A stretch of 64,000 nt of DNA from Acidimicrobiia bacterium (GTDB lineage: Bacteria > Actinomycetota > Acidimicrobiia > IMCC26256 > JANYLB01). The DNA lies in contig DASRPD010000098.1 of the NCBI GenBank assembly GCA_035646535.1, forward strand, positions 33,827-97,826, written 5' to 3'. The position numbers and the translations under genes are program-made. How positions within the stretch are numbered: the first letter of the stretch is position 1; every line of letters begins with the position of its first letter. Below are positions 16,294-22,641 of this stretch, piece after piece. Below the pieces are notes generated by a model that searched no databases, had not been told where the DNA came from, and saw only the letters and a list, made by a program, of their open reading frames with translations.

Positions 16294-16683
16294 CTAGCGA
16301 ACCTCGACGCCGGGAAGGTCGCGGAACGCGGTGCGGTCCGCGCTGACGACCGTACGATCGAACGCTTTCGCGGTCGCGGCGATGATCAGGTCGTGAGCAC
16401 CGCGCGGCTTGCCCTGGGAGCGGACTTCGACGAGAAGCTCGGCATGGGCCTCCGCGACCTCGACGTCGTAGTCGAGCACCGGGATGGTGGCGACGATGTC
16501 TTCGACGTAAGCGCTTCTCGCGGCTTTGTGCTTGCGCTTGGCGAGGAGGGCACCCACGCGGAGCTCCGCGATCGTGACAGCTGATATTGCGATGTCGTCA
16601 TCGTCGTCGATGGCGTGGTCGAGCTTGTCGCCGGCGCGCTCGGCGTCGATGAGGAAGGTGGTGTCGAACAGGAGCCGAGTCAC
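16294..16683 (-). CDS. vapC: PIN-domain VapC-type toxin
   Basis: 129-aa ORF. LLFDTTFLIDAER supplies the first acidic residue, followed by ISAVTIAELRVG and GAHDLIIAATA...VVSADR. An ATGA overlap links it to the antitoxin. Confidence 0.85.
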   Translation of the reverse strand: MTRLLFDTTFLIDAERAGDKLDHAIDDDDDIAISAVTIAELRVGALLAKRKHKAARSAYVEDIVATIPVLDYDVEVAEAHAELLVEVRSQGKPRGAHDLIIAATAKAFDRTVVSADRTAFRDLPGVEVR

Positions 16684-16922
16684 GATCGCTCCTCGATCTC
16701 GACGAGCGATCGGATCTCGTTGAGGTCATTCGCCCAGACCGGGTCGGGTCGGTGTCGGCGCAACAGTGCCTTCACGTCTGTGCCGAGTCCGCGGTTCATC
16801 GGTTCGAGGTGGGCGATCGCTCTGCCGCGCCGCACGATCGTGAAGTGCTCGCCGCGATGCTCGATGGCGTCGAGGAGGTCAGCGAAGTTCCGAGCCGCGT
16901 CCGTGGCCGTGATGTCGGACAT
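16680..16922 (-). CDS. Phd/YefM-type antitoxin
   Basis: 80-aa ORF. ITATDAARNFADLLDAIEHRGEHFTIVRRGRAIAHL is the typical Phd/YefM N-terminus. TAATCT (16934-16929) lies 6 nt upstream of the ATG and there is no SD. Confidence 0.8.
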   Translation of the reverse strand: MSDITATDAARNFADLLDAIEHRGEHFTIVRRGRAIAHLEPMNRGLGTDVKALLRRHRPDPVWANDLNEIRSLVEIEERS

Positions 16923-17023
16923 GACATCAGATTATCAGAGTCACCCTCCCTGCGATCCCTGCTTCGACCGGGCCCCTACCTGGACAGTCCACCAAGAGGT
17001 TCGGCCGAGGGGGATGAGCGTCG

Positions 17024-18805
17024 ATGAGCGAGACTCGCGCCATGACCGAGTCGTCCCTGGCGTCGCTGCTGATGGCGAGCGCGGTGACGGAGCTGGCCGG
17101 GCCGCGTTCGTACGCTCGTGGGCTCGGCTACCACCACGACGGTCGGGTCGAGCTGGGAGCTGTGGGGGAGCATCGAGTCGACTCGGTCGTGCGGGGCACG
17201 ATGCCGTACCACGTCGCGCTCTGGGCCGACGACGGCGTGGTCGCGTGGTCGTGTTCGTGCCCGATGGGCGACGCCGGCAACTTCTGCAAACACTGTGTCG
17301 CCGTCGCACTGGTCGTGTTCGAGGGTGCAAGCACCGACGCGCCGAAGCGACCTGCCCCGACGAAGGATCGGAAGAAGAGACCTCCCGAAGTCGACGTGCA
17401 GGTGTTCGTCGAGTCCCTGGATGCCGCCGAGTTGGTTGACCTGGTCATGGGGCAGGTCAAAGGCGATTGGCGGCTCCGGGAACGATTGGTCGCCCGTGCC
17501 GCGGCGGAGGCGGGGACCGGGATCGACGTACGGCAGTGGCGAAAGCGGCTGGACGGAGTGTTCGCGCCCTACGGAGACTTCGTCGCCTACCAGGAGGCCG
17601 AAGGCTGGGCCGGGGAAGTCGGCGAGGTGATTGACGCGCTCGTCGAGCTGGTCGACGCGGGTCACCAGGACGCGGTGATCGGACTGGCGGAGCACGCGCA
17701 CGGGCTCGCCGACGCCGCGATGCAGTACGTGGACGATTCCGATGGCTCGCTCACCGACATCTCTGCTCGTCTCGGCGAGCTGCACCTACGAGCCTGTGAG
17801 CTCGGCACTCCGGACCGGGTGGAGCTCGCCCGCCGGTTGGTGAACCTGGAACTGACATCGGAGCTCGACGCGTTCCACCGTGGCGCGGCGACCTACGCCG
17901 ACGTGCTCGGGCCCGAGGGTCTCGAGGAGTATGCGCGGCTGGTGGAGCCCAGGTGGCGCGATCTCGATGAGCGGTCGACGGACGATGAGTGGTCGACCGA
18001 TCGCTTCCAGGTCCGAGAAGCAATGATCGGCATCGCGCTCGCGAGTGGCGACCCCGACGAGCTGATCAGGGTGAAACAGCAGGACCTGCGCTCGCCGGGC
18101 GACTACCTGGAGGTTGCGGAGCAGCTCCGATCCCCGGGCCGTCTCGACGACGCGGCCGAGTGGGCGCGCCGCGGGCTCGACGCGTACGCGAAGCGATCGT
18201 GGCAGACGGGAAGGCTGCGAGAGTTTCTGGCCGAGCTCCTGCGGGAAACCGACGATCTCGATAGCGCGATCGAGCTGTTCTGGGACGCGTTCGAGATGCA
18301 TCCAGGCCTCGATGCCTACCGGCGGCTGCTCAGCGAAGCGGACCTCGCCGGCCCGCACGACGAGTGGTCCCGGCGCGCGATCGAGACGCTGCGAGGACGA
18401 GTTGGTGAGCGCCGGCCCGAGGAGGCGACGGCTCGGTCGACGATGACGCCGACACCAGCCGTGGCCCTGATCGAGATCCTGCTGTTCGAGGGTGACATCG
18501 AGGCCGCGTGGGTGATCGCAGTGGACCATGGGTGCGCGCCACGATTGTGGTTGACCCTGGCCCGGGCACGGGAGGACGACCACCCCGAGGAGGTCATCCC
18601 GATCTACGAACGCGAAGTGTTCGACCAGATCGAGACCAAGAAGAACCACGGCTACCGCACCGCTGTCGACCTCCTCGCACGCATTCGCGCTGCCGCTGAC
18701 CGTGCCGGTCGACCCGAACGATTCGATCAGGTGCTCGGCGAGGTCCGCACACGCCACAAGGCGAAACGCAACCTCATGGCCTTGCTCAATGAGCGAGATT
18801 GGTGA
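17024..18805 (+). CDS. SWIM zinc-finger protein with a long helical-repeat C-terminal region
   Basis: 593-aa ORF. WSCSCPMGDAGNFCKHCVAVAL is the CxCx(n)CxH SWIM motif. The remainder is alpha-helical and TPR/HEAT-like, ending ...RTRHKAKRNLMALLNERDW. Confidence 0.8.
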   Translation: MSETRAMTESSLASLLMASAVTELAGPRSYARGLGYHHDGRVELGAVGEHRVDSVVRGTMPYHVALWADDGVVAWSCSCPMGDAGNFCKHCVAVALVVFEGASTDAPKRPAPTKDRKKRPPEVDVQVFVESLDAAELVDLVMGQVKGDWRLRERLVARAAAEAGTGIDVRQWRKRLDGVFAPYGDFVAYQEAEGWAGEVGEVIDALVELVDAGHQDAVIGLAEHAHGLADAAMQYVDDSDGSLTDISARLGELHLRACELGTPDRVELARRLVNLELTSELDAFHRGAATYADVLGPEGLEEYARLVEPRWRDLDERSTDDEWSTDRFQVREAMIGIALASGDPDELIRVKQQDLRSPGDYLEVAEQLRSPGRLDDAAEWARRGLDAYAKRSWQTGRLREFLAELLRETDDLDSAIELFWDAFEMHPGLDAYRRLLSEADLAGPHDEWSRRAIETLRGRVGERRPEEATARSTMTPTPAVALIEILLFEGDIEAAWVIAVDHGCAPRLWLTLARAREDDHPEEVIPIYEREVFDQIETKKNHGYRTAVDLLARIRAAADRAGRPERFDQVLGEVRTRHKAKRNLMALLNERDW

Positions 18806-18925
18806 CGTCGTGCCTGCCCGACCCACCGGCGCGGCGCCGTCGACCATCGTCGACGTTCTCCGCGGTTCGACGCCGATGGGGGATCTCGAGGACTTCCTGA
18901 TCGAGGACCTGATCCCAGTGTCGGA

Positions 18926-19354
18926 TCAGCGGTCGAGCGTCTCGTATCCGATGCCGAGGTCCACGCAACACTGCCGGATCCCGGGTCCGTCGTCGCGCGC
19001 CGAGACGAGGAGGCGCGCGTCGAGCTCGCGGGTGGCCGCGACCGCCTCGGCCCCGAGTGTCGACAGGCCGCTGAAGTCGGCGACGAGCTCGCCCATCGTC
19101 CAGGCGAGCTCGTGCATCGGGACGACGGCGATGTCGTCGGGCAGCGCGATCAGTCCGGAGATCAGGGCACGCCGCTCCGCGATGCCCCAGCCGCGTAGGA
19201 GCGCGCCCTCCGGAGCGCGCGCCGCGCTCTTGCACAGTCGGGCGTACCAGAGATTCGTGGTCGCGACGCTCTCGCGCGCGAGAGCCTGGACGAGCGCGTC
19301 GTCTCGGCGAGCGAGCCAGTCGCGAAGGAGGTGATCGTCGAGGACGACGGTCAC
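18926..19354 (-). CDS. PIN-like toxin (second VapC-type module)
   Basis: 142-aa ORF with MTVVLDDHLL..., TTNLWYARL and AEAVAATRELDARLLVSARD. It has a 4-nt ATGA overlap with an AbrB-type antitoxin gene. Confidence 0.6.
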   Translation of the reverse strand: MTVVLDDHLLRDWLARRDDALVQALARESVATTNLWYARLCKSAARAPEGALLRGWGIAERRALISGLIALPDDIAVVPMHELAWTMGELVADFSGLSTLGAEAVAATRELDARLLVSARDDGPGIRQCCVDLGIGYETLDR

Positions 19355-19584
19355 GCCGTGGCGAGGTCCGGGTCGTCGTCGGCGGCGACGGCGGCGTAGT
19401 GCGCGTCGGTCGGGAGGATCTCATCGAGGAGGTTGCGGGCTTCGCCGGCGGGCACCGTGAGCACGCCGAAGCCGAGGTCGATGATGTCGACCTGTCCACC
19501 GCGGTCCAGCCGCCAGCGGCGACGAACCGCGGCAGGAAGGCTCATCTGACCCGATGCAGACACGCGGAACGTCTCGGTTGTCAT
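19351..19584 (-). CDS. AbrB/SpoVT-type antitoxin
   Basis: 77-aa ORF. FRVSASGQMSLPAAVRRRWRLDRGGQVDIIDLGFGVLTVP is the swapped-hairpin AbrB/MazE fold pattern. A GAGGTGA SD is present upstream. Confidence 0.75.
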   Translation of the reverse strand: MTTETFRVSASGQMSLPAAVRRRWRLDRGGQVDIIDLGFGVLTVPAGEARNLLDEILPTDAHYAAVAADDDPDLATA

Positions 19585-19595
19585 CGCTCACCTCG

Positions 19596-19627
19596 ACACT
19601 TGGTGAAATCTCTCGTTTACCAAGTGT
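19596..19627. promoter_or_regulatory. perfect 9-bp inverted repeat (operator candidate) upstream of the AbrB-PIN module
   Basis: ACACTTGGT (19596-19604), a 14-nt AT-rich spacer, then ACCAAGTGT (19619-19627). It starts 12 nt upstream of the antitoxin ATG (19584). Confidence 0.5.
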
Positions 19628-19749
19628 AGGTCAGCGAGCGAGGCTCCTTCGCGTATTGGTGGTCGGCGAGCTGTGCGACGGGAAGGTGCTCCCTCTCGGA
19701 CCGGAACCGGCCGGGAACTTCAAGCTGCGAAGTCGACCGGGCCGGCCCG

Positions 19750-19869
19750 CGACGGGTTCCGGTCCTGCCGACACCGTGCCGGGCTCTCGATGACCGCGCG
19801 ACTGCGGGGCAGACCACCGCCTCCGCAGTGGTGCGGACAGCGCTCCGTCGCTACCTGAAGGTCAGTTGA
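19750..19869 (+). pseudogene. possible remnant of a CopG/RHH antitoxin (no start codon)
   Basis: The frame reads RRVPVLPTPCRALDDRATAGQTTASAVVRTALRRYLKVS*, which has an RHH-like ..v.Lp....LD..A...g.s.SavvR.ALrrYL pattern. The open frame (from 19630) contains no ATG, GTG or TTG. Confidence 0.3.
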
Positions 19870-19979
19870 CTCGGCCGAGCCAACCGCAGGGTTCTTGGCG
19901 CATGGTTGTGAGCACCTGCGCGCGAGTTCAGCGACGGCGCTGTGGGTCCTGACGAGCCTCCGGTGAACTGGGTGTCCCG

Positions 19980-20150
19980 ATGTCTGCATTGATCGAGATC
20001 GTCGACTACCAGCCCCGCTGGGTGACGCAGTTCGGCGAAGTGGCGGACACGTTGCGCAGGGCGATGGCCGACGACGTCGTGCGTATCGATCACATTGGTT
20101 CGACCGCGGTACCGGGACTCGCCGCGAAGGATGTCATCGGTGCGTCTTGA
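19980..20150 (+). pseudogene. GrpB-family (UPF0157) gene, intact only for the first 56 codons
   Basis: MSALIEIVDYQPRWVTQFGEVADTLRRAMADDVVRIDHIGSTAVPGLAAKDVI is the conserved GrpB N-terminus, then a premature TGA. Weak GrpB-like strings in other frames (..REHPDAA.. / ..ERHKTPTERR..) up to about 20460 suggest in-situ decay with frameshifts. Confidence 0.6.
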
Positions 20151-20450
20151 CGCAGTCGCCCGGGACCGGGTCGAGCATGCTCAGCTGCTGGAAGCTCCTC
20201 ATTGAACAGCACAAACCTACCAAGATCAGCGGTGGTTGGTTGGTTTGAGTGGTTTCCTGGGTGAGATTCGCTGCCGCTCGATGTCGGAGCGTCACGCACC
20301 GAACGACCCTGCCGCCGAGGGGAAAGACTGTGCTGTCCGAACGCGGGATTCGGGAACATCCCGACGCTGCCTCATCGAGAGGCACAAGACGCCCACCGAG
20401 CGCCGCGTGGTCGCGGGTCCGTTGCGCGCAGGTACGTTCGCAACGTGGGC

Positions 20451-20933
20451 TCAGCGCGCGGTGCTGGGCAGGGGCGACGCCGGGAGGACTCGCACGACAT
20501 CCAGCGGCAGCCGCTCCCCGTTCTCGAACGCCTCGATTGCGAGCTCGATGTGTGAGCCACGCAACTTCCGGTCGCGGGACAGCGAGGCGATCTCGTCGTT
20601 GGTGAAGTAGCAGACCTCCGGGTGGGCCGGTGTGGTGGTGATCGTTCCTCCGACCACGTGGGAGGCGAACACGAAGTTGACGACGCCGAAGCCCTCGCTC
20701 GTCCTCGGGCACTGGTATATGCCGACCAGGTGGTCGACGACGACGTCCAACCTGGTCTCTTCGTTCGCCTCCCGCACGGCGGCTTCGACCAGCGTTTCGC
20801 CGACCTCCGGTTTGCCCGCGGGCAGATTGAACCGAGAACGTGCCGATGGCTTCGCTTCTCTCACGCGGACCGGCTCGCGCCGCCGGCCCTGGTGCCGTCG
20901 GGCTGGGACGGGCAGGATCGAGGAATGGACCAT
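20451..20933 (-). CDS. NUDIX hydrolase
   Basis: The C-terminal 160 codons of the 349-aa track ORF. The Nudix box is LPAGKPEVGETLVEAAVREANEETRL. The start (ATG 20933) is uncertain because it would overlap the divergent gene's start by 9 nt. Confidence 0.7.
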   Translation of the reverse strand: MVHSSILPVPARRHQGRRREPVRVREAKPSARSRFNLPAGKPEVGETLVEAAVREANEETRLDVVVDHLVGIYQCPRTSEGFGVVNFVFASHVVGGTITTTPAHPEVCYFTNDEIASLSRDRKLRGSHIELAIEAFENGERLPLDVVRVLPASPLPSTAR

Positions 20934-21578
20934 GAGGGGCTCGAGCCGTTCTTCGAGGCGTGCGAGCTCGCGTCGCGAGTCATGAACGACCACGCCGTGG
21001 CCCACAGTTGGGGCGACCCGAGTGCTCTGGATGGGTTCACCGTCGGGGGCATCGCCGCTCACCTGTACGCGGCGACGAGACGGTTCGAGGTCGCACTCGA
21101 TGAAGATGTCGCGGAACGCCCGCAGGTGGTTGACCTGCCGGCGTTCTACGGCCTCAACCGGGTGAACGATCCGGGCGAGCTGACCGCCGGGTGGCATCCG
21201 CTGCTCCGAGAGGACGCCGAACGACGCGCCGCGCACGGTCCCGAGGCCGTTGCGGAACGGTTCGGTGCCGTCGTTGCTCGTCTGCAGAACCGCCTTCGTG
21301 CCGAATCCCCAGAGCGACTCATTCCAGTGTGGACGATCGCTGATGGGGCCACGCCGCTCAGGGTGTACGTGGCCACTCGGGTCGTGGAGCTGGTTGTGCA
21401 CGCCGACGATCTCGCGGTCAGCGTCAATCTCGAGGCCTTGGCGATCCCGCGCTCGGCCGCCTTGGTGGTTCTCGACGTCTTCGTCGAGATGGCTCGGCAC
21501 AGAAGCGGCGATCTCGACGTGATCCGCGCGTTCGCTCGCCGCGAACGCGCCGGAGAGGACGCGCTCCGCGTCCTGTAG
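20925..21578 (+). CDS. mycothiol-dependent maleylpyruvate-isomerase-N-terminal (MDMPI_N / DinB-like) domain protein
   Basis: Start at MDHEGLEPFFEA (ATG 20925). SWGDPSALDGFTVGGIAAHLYAATRRF and VATRVVELVVHADDL are typical of the actinobacterial MDMPI/DinB_2 family. Confidence 0.65.
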   Translation: MDHEGLEPFFEACELASRVMNDHAVAHSWGDPSALDGFTVGGIAAHLYAATRRFEVALDEDVAERPQVVDLPAFYGLNRVNDPGELTAGWHPLLREDAERRAAHGPEAVAERFGAVVARLQNRLRAESPERLIPVWTIADGATPLRVYVATRVVELVVHADDLAVSVNLEALAIPRSAALVVLDVFVEMARHRSGDLDVIRAFARRERAGEDALRVL

Positions 21579-21662
21579 CGCGCGCTGTCCCGTTCGCCAC
21601 GAAACACGGCGACCATCTCCAATCCATCGGCGCGGCCTCCCAGACTTGTCCCGATCGTTGGG

Positions 21663-21779
21663 TCAACGCGTTGGTCGTCGGGAGCTGAGGACGCAGAACT
21701 CGTTTCCTTCGGGGTCAGCGAGCACGCTCCAGGGCTGTTCGCCTTGGCCGACGTTGGTTCGGACCGCCCCCAGCGGGCG
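21663..21779 (-). pseudogene. C-terminal remnant of a VOC/glyoxalase-family gene
   Basis: The reverse frame ends ...VGQGEQPWSVLADPEGNEFCVLSSRRPTR*, where DPEGNEFCV is a hallmark VOC C-terminus. The upstream part of the 151-aa track ORF is antisense noise opposite the 21798 gene. Confidence 0.5.
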
Positions 21780-21797
21780 CGGCGCGCGCAGGGCATC

Positions 21798-22202
21798 ATG
21801 GCGGACGTGGAACGGGGGAACAGGCTCGTGACGGTCGTGATCGAGGTCGCCGACCTGGACAGGTCGGCGCAGCTGTATCGCGATGGCTTCGGGGTGGATC
21901 TTCACCTCGCGGATCACGGTGGTGCTGGCCATGGTGAGGACGATCGTTGGGTCAGCGGCCGTCATGCGGCGACGTCGTGGAAGGAAAGATCGTTTCTCCA
22001 CTTCGCGCTCTACCAGTCGAAGGGAGCACCGACATCGGGCGCCCAGCTGAGCTTCGGAGTTGACGACATCGCCGCAGCACATCGTGTAGCGATCGATGCC
22101 GGAGCGGTGGTCGTCCATGAGCCGCGGCGAGAGCCATGGGGCACGAGCGCGCGCTACCGGGACTACGACGGCAACGTGGTGGAACTGACTCAGCCTGGGT
22201 GA
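21798..22202 (+). CDS. VOC (glyoxalase/bleomycin-resistance) family protein
   Basis: Start at MADVERGNRLVTVVIEVADLDRSAQLYRDGFGV (ATG 21798). The C-terminus ARYRDYDGNVVELTQ fits VOC. Confidence 0.75.
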   Translation: MADVERGNRLVTVVIEVADLDRSAQLYRDGFGVDLHLADHGGAGHGEDDRWVSGRHAATSWKERSFLHFALYQSKGAPTSGAQLSFGVDDIAAAHRVAIDAGAVVVHEPRREPWGTSARYRDYDGNVVELTQPG

Positions 22203-22216
22203 GCGACAATGGCGTG

Positions 22217-22546
22217 ATGGCGTCGCTTCTTGTCATCTCTGGCCCGCCCGGCGCGGGCAGCTCGACGGTCGCGCGTGCTCTCGCTGAGAGGATCGAACCG
22301 AGCGTGCTCGTTGACGGCGACGCGTTCTTCGCGTTTGTCGCTCGCGGCGCGGTGTCACCGTGGCTTGCCGAGGCTCGCGACCAGAACGAGGTCGTCACTC
22401 GCGCCGCGGCGTCCGCCGCGGCGTGAGTGACGATCGACGAACGGCACGTGCTCATCGATCCGCCCGATGAAGTCGATGCTGTCGCGGATCGGATCTTGGC
22501 GGCGGTCGACCGCGAGACGCTGGTGTATCGCAGCCGTTCGTCGTGA
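22217..22546 (+). pseudogene. P-loop kinase/AAA-type ATPase gene with an in-frame TGA and apparent internal deletion
   Basis: MASLLVISGPPGAGSSTVARALAERI (Walker A) ...VLVDGDAFF..., then TGA at 22424-22426. The same frame continues VTIDERHVLIDPPDEVDAVADRILAAVDRETLVYRS* to 22546. The total is only 110 codons, so the core (lid/Walker B region) is missing. Confidence 0.55.
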
Positions 22547-22562
22547 GAACGATGGAGCGAAG

Positions 22563-22588
22563 TGTCACCGAACGCCTCCTCGGTGACA
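22563..22588. terminator. stem-loop between convergent genes (9-bp stem, 8-nt loop)
   Basis: TGTCACCGA (22563-22571), acgcctcc, TCGGTGACA (22580-22588). A second small hairpin AGGGA-tgt-TCCCT follows at about 22603-22615. Confidence 0.45.
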
Positions 22589-22641
22589 GGGCCGGCGCTT
22601 CACAGGGATGTTCCCTCGCCGTGAGGTGGCCCGGATTCGAA

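Noticed and set aside
20925-20933. 9-nt head-to-head overlap of the Nudix and MDMPI start codons as a real feature
   Set aside because: This is probably a start-codon assignment problem for the Nudix gene, whose N-terminus MVHSSILPVPARRHQG is poorly protein-like. It cannot be resolved without homolog alignment, so it is not reported as a finding on its own.
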